In this document: positions 16,388 to 27,260 of the stretch, in pieces
Position numbering within the stretch: position 1 is the first letter of the stretch
How the letters are laid out: every line of letters starts with the position of its first letter
Assembly (NCBI GenBank): GCA_039679675.1
Contig: JBDKUN010000044.1
Coordinates: forward strand, 1-31,653
Source of the DNA: Armatimonadota bacterium
Lineage (GTDB): Bacteria > Armatimonadota > UBA5829 > DTLH01
Direction: 5' to 3'
Length of the DNA stretch: 31,653 bases
The notes under the pieces: generated by a model
Told to the model about the DNA's origin: nothing
Database searches by the model: none
Seen by the model: the letters and a program-made list of their open reading frames with translations, nothing else
Made by a program: the position numbers and the translations under genes

Positions 16388-17467
16388 TTATGCTCGATAA
16401 CAAGGGAAGAAAACGGGCTTTGGTATCCATTTCTGGCCTTTCTTTGCGAGAAGTAAGCGTTTTTTCTGTACAAGCCCATCATACAAGTCTTGCCGAAATA
16501 CACGTTTTCCTACATAAAATGGAACACACCCAGAAGGTGCAAAAGATTGTTTATATCGGAATATTCCATCCTCGGGGCAGTAACCACCACCAAGAACAAA
16601 CCAGTGCTTACCGCGGTTTTTTGCCCAACGCATTATCTCATACTTCAATAGATCATTGGGGCGGAGATTGAAGGCTTCACTGTTTGTTCCACCAAGGAAC
16701 GAATAAACGCGCTCCGAAGATATTAATACTAATTCTGTGGAAACTACAACACCATCATAGAGCGCATGTGCGTATACAAATTGACCAGAGAGGTCACTGT
16801 TTATTTTTTCAAAAAAATCGCGAGAAAAATAGTAATCCTGATCTGCCGAGCGACGATTCATTGTGGTATTGTAGATGTGCAGAAAGTCATTGAGGCGGTG
16901 CCCTTCACAGTCAAACTCTACGCACACACCGCTTCTACGAGATTTGTTTACATTTTTACGCACCTTATGTTCAAAATCCATCCACAGGTCATCGTCGTCA
17001 AGATCCAAGCTCCTTACAACATTAAGGTATTTAAATTCTTTATCACCCGGATATTCCAAAACATCATTGGGAAACAGCGTAAACCGAATGAACTCTGAGA
17101 CAATACATTTATCTTCAGCCCACTTTTTAAAGCTTGCCCAAAACCCATCTGCCATATCGCATGAAGCTAAATCCGTCCCCCAAACAAAAGGTCCCCCATA
17201 CCCATATGGAGTAATGATATCAAAGGCCTCACCAGAACAATACTCTTCTTGACTAAGGTCACGTAATATGAATGGATACAGAACGCAAGCTGTGGAAGTA
17301 CAGTATGTAGCACACAAGGCGCGATTAGATCCTTCGGCGAAAAATTGCACATAATTGGGATGTGCAAACACCTCTCTTTGAGGACAGGATTCCCATAACG
17401 AAAGCCATTTTTGCTTATCACTATCAATTGCAGCGTCTAGGATAGCAAATGATTCTGTTATATACAA
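16388..17467 (-). CDS. FemAB/BioF2-like tandem GNAT-fold protein
   Basis: DIITPYGYGGP, SEFIRF, VRKNVNK, YSFLGGT, PNDLLKY, LGGGY..DGIFRYKQSF. Confidence 0.82.
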   Translation of the reverse strand: MYITESFAILDAAIDSDKQKWLSLWESCPQREVFAHPNYVQFFAEGSNRALCATYCTSTACVLYPFILRDLSQEEYCSGEAFDIITPYGYGGPFVWGTDLASCDMADGFWASFKKWAEDKCIVSEFIRFTLFPNDVLEYPGDKEFKYLNVVRSLDLDDDDLWMDFEHKVRKNVNKSRRSGVCVEFDCEGHRLNDFLHIYNTTMNRRSADQDYYFSRDFFEKINSDLSGQFVYAHALYDGVVVSTELVLISSERVYSFLGGTNSEAFNLRPNDLLKYEIMRWAKNRGKHWFVLGGGYCPEDGIFRYKQSFAPSGCVPFYVGKRVFRQDLYDGLVQKKRLLLAKKGQKWIPKPVFFPCYRA

Positions 17468-17474
17468 TTTAATA

Positions 17475-18461
17475 TCACTCCACTCTTATAGAAGACGCCT
17501 TGATAGCTTCGTTGAGCTTATTGACCATGTCATATAAATCTTGAGGACATACATCCTGATGTACCGGCAGGTTTAGCATCACATGTGAAAGGCGGTGTGA
17601 TTCAGTAAATTCGTGTTTGTGTATGGAGTCTACTAGCGTATGGTATAAGCTTACAACACCGAAGCCTGCATTGTTCATTTCAAAATACAACTCATCCCTA
17701 GATACATTCCTAATAATTATCGGGTAAGTCTGGGGAACATTGCCACAGGGTAGATCATTCCGCAATAAATCAATTTCGCCTGAAAGAGGCTCCAACAGCT
17801 TTTGCAGCCGATGTGCATTTTCAACTCTCGCGTTTGCTATGCGTTCAAGATCAAATTGCCAAGGTAGCTTACATTTAAATTTAACACTGTCTAAATGATC
17901 AACCGAGTCCAATATGCCTCTGTAATCGTCATTAACAACAAGCATACCTCCATCGTTTACAGGAAGCATTTTGTGCAAGGAAAAGATACAGGCATCTCCT
18001 AAGCGTCCAGAACACCCTCCAATTAGATCAGTAAACATTGCATGTGCTTCATCTTCGAGCACAACGACACCGTATCTTCGAGCAATGGACATCACTTCAT
18101 CGTAACTCGGATCTACATATCCAAAATAATGTATTACCACTAGAACTCGCACAGGGAGTGTTTTTAATAATCGCTCTAAGTCATCAACATCAATACATAA
18201 GCGACTATCCATTTTATAGAACGCGTGTTTTAGATTGAGTTCAGACACGGGATCAAGCACTCCAGAACCTTCATTTGGCGACCAACCAATATAAGCTGGT
18301 AACAAGACAATTTCTTCAGGCTTTAGCGAAACAGCCTGAAGAAATACCTTAAAAGCTGAACGTGCATTAGCGAATGCACGAAAGTGTCTCACATAATTAT
18401 TCGGTCTGGAGGGTGTTTTGTTTATACTCATTGCTCTATTATTTCTGTTCCAAATATCCAA
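17475..18461 (-). CDS. Divergent DegT-like PLP-dependent enzyme
   Basis: NARSA, VLLPAY, IHYFG, EDEAH, FSLHKMLP..DGG, LNLPVHQ. Start may be ATG 18431. Confidence 0.75.
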   Translation of the reverse strand: MDIWNRNNRAMSINKTPSRPNNYVRHFRAFANARSAFKVFLQAVSLKPEEIVLLPAYIGWSPNEGSGVLDPVSELNLKHAFYKMDSRLCIDVDDLERLLKTLPVRVLVVIHYFGYVDPSYDEVMSIARRYGVVVLEDEAHAMFTDLIGGCSGRLGDACIFSLHKMLPVNDGGMLVVNDDYRGILDSVDHLDSVKFKCKLPWQFDLERIANARVENAHRLQKLLEPLSGEIDLLRNDLPCGNVPQTYPIIIRNVSRDELYFEMNNAGFGVVSLYHTLVDSIHKHEFTESHRLSHVMLNLPVHQDVCPQDLYDMVNKLNEAIKASSIRVE

Positions 18462-18470
18462 TCCTAGAGT

Positions 18471-19253
18471 TTATTGTGAAAGTCTTGATAACACTACTTG
18501 TATATCAGCAGACATCCGCTCTGTTTGTGCTAATGTTCGTGCGCCAGGCAATTGCAATGCAAGATCCTCTTGGCACAATACCAGCAGACGCCGCCTTGGG
18601 TCGAGCTTTTGTAGCGAAGAAACCACGGATGAGTCATTAAGAGCAGAAGGATCAGTTAATCGAAACCACGTTGGTCCCAGCATACCAATAATATAGCTCG
18701 CACTGGGTGTAGTTATATTGAAGCTACCAAAACCAAAACTGTTATACGATACCAAAGCTTGAGCATAGCTATTCACTAGTGCTGGCTGATGTTTACTGCA
18801 ATTACCTAGAGTCACTTCATACCAAGTCGTTTTATTCTCTTGTTCAAAACCAAGTTTGCGGTACCACGACTTCGCTGCTTCGTTGTCTACTAGGACATCT
18901 AAACCTATATACAAATAATTGGGTTCTAGAATCGAATCAATCGCATATTTTAATAATCTCTTGCCTATTCCAGCAGATTGGAGGCACTGCAATACGCTAA
19001 TATAATTCAGAAATAATCCATCTACCAGTCGTCGCATCTCTACTGCACCAACAACCTTGCTGTTATCGTCTGCAATCGTGAAGACTGTGTCGCATTTTGA
19101 GTTATAATTACTTATCTGGTATTGGATATATTTCTCGATATTGTGTCCGCCATAGATAGTAGTGTTGATAAGAGTCTTTTCAAAACCACCCCTAATAACA
19201 CTAGCTATACCATGCGCGTCTGACACTTGTGCTGATCGAATAACGACGCCCAT
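18471..19253 (-). CDS. GNAT N-acetyltransferase with C-terminal extension
   Basis: ISV...QSAGIGKRLL acetyl-CoA motif A and NEAAKSWYRKLGF. Confidence 0.8.
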   Translation of the reverse strand: MGVVIRSAQVSDAHGIASVIRGGFEKTLINTTIYGGHNIEKYIQYQISNYNSKCDTVFTIADDNSKVVGAVEMRRLVDGLFLNYISVLQCLQSAGIGKRLLKYAIDSILEPNYLYIGLDVLVDNEAAKSWYRKLGFEQENKTTWYEVTLGNCSKHQPALVNSYAQALVSYNSFGFGSFNITTPSASYIIGMLGPTWFRLTDPSALNDSSVVSSLQKLDPRRRLLVLCQEDLALQLPGARTLAQTERMSADIQVVLSRLSQ

Positions 19254-19889
19254 TTAATCTGAACAACCTCCCTTGCTTCGCCTTGTTGCCGCACATCGTT
19301 CCTCATCCAAATTCATCATTACCGATTGTGCATCAACCACAACACCTTCCCTAATAAAAACAGCAAGTAGAGTATTGAATAGTATTTTTATATCAAGCCC
19401 AAACGACCAGTTCTCGACATACCACACATCATATGCTAGTCGCTCGTCCCAACATAGTGTATTTCGGCCCTTTATTTGGGCATAACCGGTGATACCAGGC
19501 CTCACGCTATGCCGAAGTCTCTCTCTGTCAGTATAATATGGCATATATTTTGGCAACAGCGGCCTTGGTCCAACAAGGCTCATATTGCCCTTCAACACGT
19601 TAAACAACTCGGGCAGTTCATCGACACTTGTGGCGCGAAGTAACCTTCCGAGTCGCGTCAGTCTCTGGGCGTCAGGGAGTGGCTTGCCGGCTTTATCATA
19701 TGTGTTCCGCATAGTGCGGAATTTATACATTTTGAATATCTTCCCATTGCGACCAGGACGCTCCTGGCAAAACAGCACGGGGAAACCCATACTTACAGCA
19801 ACGAGACCAGCAACAATAAACAGGAACGGTAGCAAGAGCACTATCGCTACACTGGAAATCATGATATCGAAAGAACGCTTCAGCTTCAT
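19254..19889 (-). CDS. Priming undecaprenyl-phosphate phosphoglycosyltransferase (PglC-like, Bac_transf)
   Basis: KRSFDI, YKFRTM, DELPEL, MSLVGPRP, RPGITG.AQ, DVWYV. Confidence 0.93.
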   Translation of the reverse strand: MKLKRSFDIMISSVAIVLLLPFLFIVAGLVAVSMGFPVLFCQERPGRNGKIFKMYKFRTMRNTYDKAGKPLPDAQRLTRLGRLLRATSVDELPELFNVLKGNMSLVGPRPLLPKYMPYYTDRERLRHSVRPGITGYAQIKGRNTLCWDERLAYDVWYVENWSFGLDIKILFNTLLAVFIREGVVVDAQSVMMNLDEERCAATRRSKGGCSD

Positions 19890-19890
19890 A

Positions 19891-21114
19891 TCAGTTATTG
19901 CACATCAGGGAACGAAACAACTTGTCGAACTTACTCACTCCAGCAGCAAAAGATAATTCCTTATCATAGAAGCTCCGTCCCATTGCTCCCATATCATCTA
20001 GTGTTTTTTGATCCATACAAGCAAATCGTTCGACTACATCTGCGACACTACGGCTATCTTCAGGCTTGCATGGTATACCAGCGTTGGCATTCACTACTAA
20101 TTGAGATGCATCACCCTCAACACCAACGATGATTGGCTTACCAGCATAAAGATAAGCTTGAATCTTCGATGGTATCGTTATGCGAAACAAAGGATCATCC
20201 TTTAGATGCACAAGTAAAACATCTGTTGCCTGTAACACAGCACCAATCTCTGAAACAGGACGGCGAGGTAAAATTTGCACATTCTGCAAGCCAAGCTCGC
20301 TAACCTTCATTTTCAGGTGATCGGCTTCTATTCCCCCTCCGATAAGAGTAAACTTTACATGAGGCAGTTTTCGTTTCAAGAGAGATGCAGCATCAATTAC
20401 TGTATCTAGTGCTTGCATCTTGCCCATTGTGCCAGCAAAAACCACGTTAAAATGGCCGTTGAAACCCAGTTCCTCTTTAACAGCTTGCACTTCTTCCGAA
20501 GTAAACTGTATAGCACCTTCATCACACCAGTTATATATAACATCAATATCATCGGGTGCCAATCCACGATCAACCAGTGTAGCCTTCATTCCCGGTGACA
20601 AGACAGCAATGTGATCAGCTTTTCTGTAGACCGCGTTCGAAAACTTGTCCAACATGCTTGAAGCCGACTTTGGCAGCATACCTGAAGCAGTAACAGAATC
20701 CGGCCATAGATCCTGAATATCGTATAGACATTTACACCTATTCAAAATCTTTAGCAGCGTTGAAGCAAAGCCAAGTGTAACTAGATTATATACATATATA
20801 ACATCGGGTTTATGTATCAAAAAAGGCCCTAGTATGGCAGAGCTTAGCCCGAAACTCGAGTAGTTCAATAGCCTTCGGAGTCCTGATCTGTCGTGACTGG
20901 GATAAAGAGCTACTCGAATTACACGGATGCCATCAATCACTTCTTTTTGCCAAGGACGCACTTTGTATCCCGGATATAGTCTTCCGCCGGGGTAATTGGG
21001 AAACCCCGTTAGAACTTCCACTTCATGCCCGCAATCGGTTAATGCCTTGGCAAACTGAATACCTTTAAAGTTCGGCTCCGGTTGGAACCACTGTGTTAGT
21101 AACAAGATTCTCAT
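19891..21114 (-). CDS. GT4 glycosyltransferase, WbuB-like (putative L-FucNAc transferase)
   Basis: TQWFQPEP, VLTGFPNYP, DIQDLWP, FAGTMGKMQ, PSKIQAYL; directly follows fnlC. Confidence 0.85.
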   Translation of the reverse strand: MRILLLTQWFQPEPNFKGIQFAKALTDCGHEVEVLTGFPNYPGGRLYPGYKVRPWQKEVIDGIRVIRVALYPSHDRSGLRRLLNYSSFGLSSAILGPFLIHKPDVIYVYNLVTLGFASTLLKILNRCKCLYDIQDLWPDSVTASGMLPKSASSMLDKFSNAVYRKADHIAVLSPGMKATLVDRGLAPDDIDVIYNWCDEGAIQFTSEEVQAVKEELGFNGHFNVVFAGTMGKMQALDTVIDAASLLKRKLPHVKFTLIGGGIEADHLKMKVSELGLQNVQILPRRPVSEIGAVLQATDVLLVHLKDDPLFRITIPSKIQAYLYAGKPIIVGVEGDASQLVVNANAGIPCKPEDSRSVADVVERFACMDQKTLDDMGAMGRSFYDKELSFAAGVSKFDKLFRSLMCNN

Positions 21115-21172
21115 TTATCTATCGCTTTGAGTTTATTTACCAATTGACCACACATCGATAATACGTCCATTA

Positions 21173-22297
21173 CTAGATGCTTTTCTGCCACACTGTCCGT
21201 CTCACGTAATCCGTGTAACTCAAAATAATCCTCGCTACCTTCTCCGACACATTCGGCACATCGTAGTCCTGCACAATCTGAAGGTCCCTGGCTTCCCCGC
21301 GCTTCTGTGTCTTAAGAATAGTGAGAGACTCCAAAACCCGGTCATAATCCAGCCCGACCATCATCACAGCACCCTCTTCCATTCCTTCGGGTCGCTCATG
21401 AGCTTCTCTTATGTTCAGCGCAGGAAAGTTCAGAATAGAAGACTCCTCAGTAATTGTTCCACTGTCTGAAAGAACTGCTTTGGAATGTTTCTGCAGCTTC
21501 ACATAGTCGCACAATCCCATGGGCTTCATCAACTCCACTAATTTGTGGAGTTTCACGCCCTCTGCATCCAGGCGTTTTCGTGTCCTTGGATGGGTGGAAA
21601 CGACAATCCTCAGGCCATAAGCTTCGGCCAAGCCGTTCAACAGCTTTCCAAACTTGGCAAACTGAGTTGGGGAATCTACATTTTCTTCCCTATGGCAACT
21701 TACTACAAGGTACTGCTGCTCTTTCAAACCAAGCCGTTCCATTACATCAGATGCATCAATCTTCGCCCCATAATAATGAAGGACTTCATACATTGGGCTG
21801 CCGGTTTTGATGATTCTATCGGGCGGGAAGCCTTCCCGCAGCAGGTATTCGCGGGAAATACTGCTATAGGGCATATTTATATCGCTGATATGGTCTACAA
21901 TCTTTCTATTTATCTCTTCCGGCACTCGCTGGTCAAAACACCGGTTGCCTGCCTCCATGTGGAACACTGGAATCTTCCTTCGTTTAGCCGGATAGGCTGC
22001 CAGACAGCTATTTGTATCGCCCAGCACCAAAAGAGCGTCCGGTTTCACCTCAGCAAGAACCTGATCCACTTTTGAAATGATATTTCCTACCGTCTCACAT
22101 GCCGTATCTCCGGCGGCATTAAGGAAATAATCCGGCTTGCGGATTTCGAGGTCGTCGAAGAACACCTGGTTCAGCTCGTAGTCGTAGTTCTGGCCTGTAT
22201 GGACGATGACGTGCTCAACGTAGCGATCAAGAGCCGCCATTACGCGGGACAAACGTATGATTTCCGGCCGTGTGCCGACTACAGTCATTACTTTCAT
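21173..22297 (-). CDS. fnlC: Non-hydrolysing UDP-sugar 2-epimerase (FnlC/WbjD/Cap5G)
   Basis: [51 protein letters not shown]. Confidence 0.9.
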   Translation of the reverse strand: MKVMTVVGTRPEIIRLSRVMAALDRYVEHVIVHTGQNYDYELNQVFFDDLEIRKPDYFLNAAGDTACETVGNIISKVDQVLAEVKPDALLVLGDTNSCLAAYPAKRRKIPVFHMEAGNRCFDQRVPEEINRKIVDHISDINMPYSSISREYLLREGFPPDRIIKTGSPMYEVLHYYGAKIDASDVMERLGLKEQQYLVVSCHREENVDSPTQFAKFGKLLNGLAEAYGLRIVVSTHPRTRKRLDAEGVKLHKLVELMKPMGLCDYVKLQKHSKAVLSDSGTITEESSILNFPALNIREAHERPEGMEEGAVMMVGLDYDRVLESLTILKTQKRGEARDLQIVQDYDVPNVSEKVARIILSYTDYVRRTVWQKSI

Positions 22298-22318
22298 TAA
22301 TCAGGCTCCTCAGCGATA

Positions 22319-23443
22319 CTATTCTTCAGATGGATAAACTTGCTCAAAGAACGTTTCAGGGTGTTCAGGATCGAATATTTCACTCGCCCAGAACAATGTT
22401 ACCATCTCCGTATTGCCGGTATTTTCGATGGAATGCGTGTATCCTGGCGGGATGTCTACTACTTTGAAGTCCTTGCCGGAGACATTATACTCCACTATAT
22501 CTTGACAGCCAAGCTTGCGGAAACGGATGACACCCTCTCCCTCAACGACCAAAAACTTCTCTGTTTTGGTGTGATGATAGTGATTTCCCCTTGTAATACC
22601 CGGCTTGGTGCGGGAAATGAATATCTGTCCGAAACCAGATGCTTTTACGAACTCTGCAAGGCAGCCTCGGTTGTCTGTCTTGATATCGAGGCCATAGCCG
22701 AAGTCGCCTCGATCAAGATAGGAAAGGTACGTCGCGTAAAGCTGTTTGGTAAACTCATCGCCAAAATCCGGCACCAACAGCGTTTTTCGGCTGTCTCTGA
22801 ATGACTGGATTGTGGCTGCCAATTCTCCAAGGGATATGCTGTGTGACGGCAGCTGGGCTGCAAACATAAAACCTGAACCGCTGGCTGAATCGATTTCCTT
22901 CACAATGCTTGAGACCACATCATCTATATAGGTAAGCTCCATCACCTTTGAGGTGTCCGAAATTTGAACCGGCAGATCGTGCGCGATGTTATGGCAGAAT
23001 GTGGCGGTTACAGAATTGTAGTTTGGCCTGCACCATTTGCCGAACAGGTTCTTAAACCTGTAGACAATGCCTGAAGCTCCGGTTTTTGCACAATACCGGC
23101 GGACCGCTGCTTCCGCCTGAAGTTTACTGGTACCATATGGATTATCCAGCTCTGCCTGTATTGAAGAGGACAAGATGATCTTGGGAGCCTTTCCTGCAAC
23201 AACCAGTTTTTCGCATATTTCCTGAGTGAGTCCGGCATTGCCTGACTGATATTCATCAAGCGACTGGGGCCTGTTCACCCCTGCCAGATGGACAATTACG
23301 TCCGCAGTCTGCAAGGCAGCATCCAACTCTGCAGGCGTATTGTTGACATCATACCTCAGAAGTTCAAGACCTTCGCGGCGGCCCAGCACAACGCAGAGAT
23401 TTCGCCCCACAAAACCATTTGCTCCAGTAACAAGAACCTTCAC
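22319..23443 (-). CDS. fnlB: SDR + cupin reductase/epimerase (FnlB/WbjC/Cap5F)
   Basis: GTG 23443 behind GGAGG; TGANGFVG, HLAGVNRP, YGTSK, FGKWCRPNYNS, GNHYHHTKTEKF. Confidence 0.9.
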   Translation of the reverse strand: MKVLVTGANGFVGRNLCVVLGRREGLELLRYDVNNTPAELDAALQTADVIVHLAGVNRPQSLDEYQSGNAGLTQEICEKLVVAGKAPKIILSSSIQAELDNPYGTSKLQAEAAVRRYCAKTGASGIVYRFKNLFGKWCRPNYNSVTATFCHNIAHDLPVQISDTSKVMELTYIDDVVSSIVKEIDSASGSGFMFAAQLPSHSISLGELAATIQSFRDSRKTLLVPDFGDEFTKQLYATYLSYLDRGDFGYGLDIKTDNRGCLAEFVKASGFGQIFISRTKPGITRGNHYHHTKTEKFLVVEGEGVIRFRKLGCQDIVEYNVSGKDFKVVDIPPGYTHSIENTGNTEMVTLFWASEIFDPEHPETFFEQVYPSEE

Positions 23444-23482
23444 GGTTGCCTCCCGCAAACGAGTTGTCCAGCCAAGCGCAGT

Positions 23483-24505
23483 CTATGGTTCAATTTTTTC
23501 ACCTCGAACAGCACGCTGGACGCATTCCAGCTTCATCAGCAGGTCACACATACCATCAACATCGAGCAGGGATGTGTTGTGGGAGTTGTAATCTGTCAGC
23601 CTGGTGACTTCTTCTCTACCTTCACTGAAATATCGGGAGTAGTTCAGATCGCGGTTATCCGCAGGCACACGGTAATAGCCTCCCATATCTTCAGCAACAG
23701 CAAATTCTTCACGGGTTAGAAGTGTTTCATACTGCTTTTCACCATGGCGTGTGCCAATGACTTGGATCGGATTATCAGCATTCAGCAGCTTCTTCAATGC
23801 GAGCGCCAGTACCTCGATTGTAGCCGAAGGAGCCTTCTGGACAAATGTATCTCCCGGACAGCCGTGCTGAAAAGCATAGATCACAAGGTCGACTGCGTCT
23901 TCTATAGTCATCATAAACCTGGTCATGTCCGGATCTGTAACCGTCAGCGGAAGCCCATCCTGAATCTGCTTGATGAACAGCGGGATAACCGAACCACGGC
24001 TCGCCATCACATTGCCGTAACGAGTGATGCATATGGCAGTGCTAGGTCCCGCCACCCGTGATTTGGCTACTGCAAGCTTCTCCATCATTGCCTTTGAGAT
24101 GCCCATTGCGTTGATTGGATAGACCGCTTTATCCGTGCTCAGGACAATCACACGCTTTATACCGTTTCGTATAGCAGCATTGAGCATGTTCTCTGTACCA
24201 ATGGAGTTGGTCTTGAGCGCCTCAAAAGGGAAAAACTCGCAGGACGGCACCTGCTTCAACGCAGCGGCGTGGAATACAAAATCCACCCCGGCCATTGCAT
24301 CATTGAGACTTGTTTCATTCCGCACATCGCCGATGTAGAACCTAAGCTTGGGATGCGCGTAGCACTTGCGCATATCATCCTGTTTCTTCTCGTCGCGAGA
24401 GAAAACACGGATTTCTGCGATTTCAGTTTCGAGAAACCGGCGAAGCACGGCATTTCCGAAAGTGCCGGTACCGCCGGTGATGAGAAGAGTCTTATTGGAA
24501 AACAT
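23483..24505 (-). CDS. fnlA: UDP-GlcNAc 4,6-dehydratase/5-epimerase (FnlA/WbjB/Cap5E)
   Basis: ATG 24505 behind GGAGG; ITGGTGTFG, FSRDEKKQ, AALKQVPSCEF, STDKAVYP, TRYGNVMASRGSV, DYNSHNT. Confidence 0.92.
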   Translation of the reverse strand: MFSNKTLLITGGTGTFGNAVLRRFLETEIAEIRVFSRDEKKQDDMRKCYAHPKLRFYIGDVRNETSLNDAMAGVDFVFHAAALKQVPSCEFFPFEALKTNSIGTENMLNAAIRNGIKRVIVLSTDKAVYPINAMGISKAMMEKLAVAKSRVAGPSTAICITRYGNVMASRGSVIPLFIKQIQDGLPLTVTDPDMTRFMMTIEDAVDLVIYAFQHGCPGDTFVQKAPSATIEVLALALKKLLNADNPIQVIGTRHGEKQYETLLTREEFAVAEDMGGYYRVPADNRDLNYSRYFSEGREEVTRLTDYNSHNTSLLDVDGMCDLLMKLECVQRAVRGEKIEP

Positions 24506-24506
24506 A

Positions 24507-25679
24507 TTATTCCTCCGACAGCGCGACGTCAAACAACTGACGCATTAAAGCCACAAGCTCGTCGCACATACTATAATGCTTGGCAAAAGATATAGCTTGC
24601 ACTGACCAATGCTGGTAAACCTCATTGTCCATATCAACACATTTTTGCAATACTTTACAGAAATCATCAGTGGCATTGAGTGGAATATCCCAACCTATAC
24701 ACTGGCATTCTAGGTTATGCCACGGCGTCTGATTACTAATAACAGGAAGACAACCTGCTTGCATAGCCTCAAGAATAACGTGCCCGAAATTCTCTGAAAA
24801 TGTTGGAAAGAGAAAAACATGGTAACGGGAAAAAGTCTCTTTAACTGTGTGATGTGGAACTTCTCCACAGTATCTCACAATGAGATTATCTGGCAACTTT
24901 GTAATCAACGCTTCGCATTCGCGCCAATATTCCATGTCTTCACGTGGTCCGTAAATATCGAAAATAACACGTCCTGTAACACCACGCAATAACCCTATTG
25001 CTCCATATAAATTCTTTTTGCGCCCTATACGCGATAAGAATATTATTTTCAACTCTCCGGGTTCTTTAGTAAGTAGGTTATATTGATCGTAATCATCAAT
25101 AACTGCAGGTAGATTAGGTGCAATCACGATATGTTCTCCCGTTCCAATTGCACTACGAATATTTTCCGCTTCAGTTGGTGCTGTCGCTTGCCATGTGATG
25201 TTACGGTAAAATCCACACAACTTGGCAATTCTCAAGAAAAAGGTTTTCTTTAGATTTTTTAGTTGAAGTGCACCAGGACATAGTTCTCCACGAGGTGCCA
25301 GAATAACTGGGACTTGCGGTATAAGTTTTAAGCGATAAAGCAAAAGGATTTTCAGTGTAAAGACTGGAGAAAATATACTGTTTAAATAATAAACATCATA
25401 GGAAGAAGATAATAGTAGGTCACGTAATGCACTGAAAGATTGCTTCTTGCGTGATAAATAACAGACCTGTGCATTTCCCACTTTTTGCCAAGTATTAGCA
25501 ACTATGTTAGGATATGGGGCATTATCGCCAAAATCACGGTCTGACGTTAAGATACGAAAATCATAGATGCCTGCAGTATGATCTACAATATTAGCTACCG
25601 AGCGTATGGGGCCACCACCTTTGTAACCAGGTAGATAAGCACCTGTAATAACTAAAATGCATTTGCGTTTCATACACAT
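24507..25679 (-). CDS. GT4 glycosyltransferase
   Basis: YLPGYKGGGP, LAPRGE, FLSRI..KKN, ENFGHVILEA. Confidence 0.88.
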   Translation of the reverse strand: MCMKRKCILVITGAYLPGYKGGGPIRSVANIVDHTAGIYDFRILTSDRDFGDNAPYPNIVANTWQKVGNAQVCYLSRKKQSFSALRDLLLSSSYDVYYLNSIFSPVFTLKILLLYRLKLIPQVPVILAPRGELCPGALQLKNLKKTFFLRIAKLCGFYRNITWQATAPTEAENIRSAIGTGEHIVIAPNLPAVIDDYDQYNLLTKEPGELKIIFLSRIGRKKNLYGAIGLLRGVTGRVIFDIYGPREDMEYWRECEALITKLPDNLIVRYCGEVPHHTVKETFSRYHVFLFPTFSENFGHVILEAMQAGCLPVISNQTPWHNLECQCIGWDIPLNATDDFCKVLQKCVDMDNEVYQHWSVQAISFAKHYSMCDELVALMRQLFDVALSEE

Positions 25680-26123
25680 CTATCGTTTTCTCCAAATAAA
25701 CCCTAGATTGTTGTGAACCTATATAGCTCTATCTAGCATCTCTCATAAAATGAATCGTCGTGCAGCTGCAACCTACTGACTTAAGTACCTTATGTGCAAT
25801 CATGTGTATAACAAAGCCATATCTTAACGTTTATTAACACTCAATATACACATTACCTGGCAACTTTGCATAACAAGTGATACATAAAGCTGCATATATT
25901 GTGACGCCAGACTTCCTAATGTAAGTATACACTATACATTGGAGCAGTTCGCCGCAATAACTCCTAGTAGAAAGAACTTGCGTATTCTAGTATGATTGGA
26001 TAGCCGTTCGCACGTTATCACATTATTGTTATGATAGATTGATATGATTGACATACCGCATCATGAGATCATGCAATTCGTCACACATTGGTATTTCTGT
26101 ATTTAGCGCGGGAGTCCTAAATA

Positions 26124-27119
26124 TTAAGATATGCAACATAAAATGGCCTGGTACAACTCTGCATATTCCAAAGCTATCTTGGTAGCAGCAAACCGTTTCA
26201 CATTCTCATAACCATGATCAATCATTTCATCTCTGTATGTTCGATCATTTGTCATTCGCATAATACCATTCCTTATGCTAAGTACGTCATACGGGTCTAC
26301 TAAGCAAGCTCCACTTCCAGCTACCTCCGGCATAGAACATATGTTGCTCGTCACAACTGGACGTCCTGTCGCCTGTGCCTCAATTATGGGCATGCCAAAT
26401 CCTTCATATGTTGACGTAAAAACCACTATATCCGAATGCCTATATTTGTTTACGATATCATCATCTGACAAGCCATGTGAGCTAGAGTAATTAATGCCAT
26501 TAACACAGAGTGTCTCCTTTTGTGCTGTGGATAACCGTCCGACAATCTCAAGATGACACCTGATACCTTTGAGTGCTTGTGCTACTCTTATAAGATTCTT
26601 GTTGTGCCCTGTACCAACTTGCAGTATGACAGGCCTATCTGTATTGAACTCCTTAGGAGCGGGCTGAAAGGCATCCCCGATCGGATTATAAATAACGCGA
26701 ACTCTATTTTTGATCCATGGGGCAAACTCTATCAATTCATTAGCAGTAAATCTGGAAATTGTGGTGATAATCCTGCACCGCTTCATAGGCTGATCATACC
26801 ACAAGAGTTGAAATAACCTTCTTTTAAGACCAGTCAACCGAATCAAGGATCTACAGTCGTGTATAGTCAAAATGGTTCTTCTACCATCAAGACCTAAAGC
26901 CAGGTAGTGAATATCCCCCGTAATATGATTAACATCGCCTTGGTGATTATGTGCATCAAGTATATTCAACATTATTGTACTTGGCGATGTCCCGTTATGC
27001 TTACACTGAAAGGCCGAACACTTGACCAATTCTGGCATTGCATTACGAACAGATTTGAATACACGTTCTAGACTGATTTGAGCTTCAGCAGGTTTTCTGC
27101 AGAAATATGCGATATGCAT
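26124..27119 (-). CDS. GT4 glycosyltransferase
   Basis: HITGDIHY, TIHD, NKNL, YEGFGMPIIEA. Confidence 0.9.
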   Translation of the reverse strand: MHIAYFCRKPAEAQISLERVFKSVRNAMPELVKCSAFQCKHNGTSPSTIMLNILDAHNHQGDVNHITGDIHYLALGLDGRRTILTIHDCRSLIRLTGLKRRLFQLLWYDQPMKRCRIITTISRFTANELIEFAPWIKNRVRVIYNPIGDAFQPAPKEFNTDRPVILQVGTGHNKNLIRVAQALKGIRCHLEIVGRLSTAQKETLCVNGINYSSSHGLSDDDIVNKYRHSDIVVFTSTYEGFGMPIIEAQATGRPVVTSNICSMPEVAGSGACLVDPYDVLSIRNGIMRMTNDRTYRDEMIDHGYENVKRFAATKIALEYAELYQAILCCIS

Positions 27120-27260
27120 GTATCAGTTGACTCTCCGACGCATTTTACTGGTTTTGAACCTACAAATCATAATATGAGCAATACAGTCTTTGACTGCATT
27201 AATCCATAAATAATCCACATTCTATTAAAGTAATCCCAGATTATGGCTACAACTGGCTAT

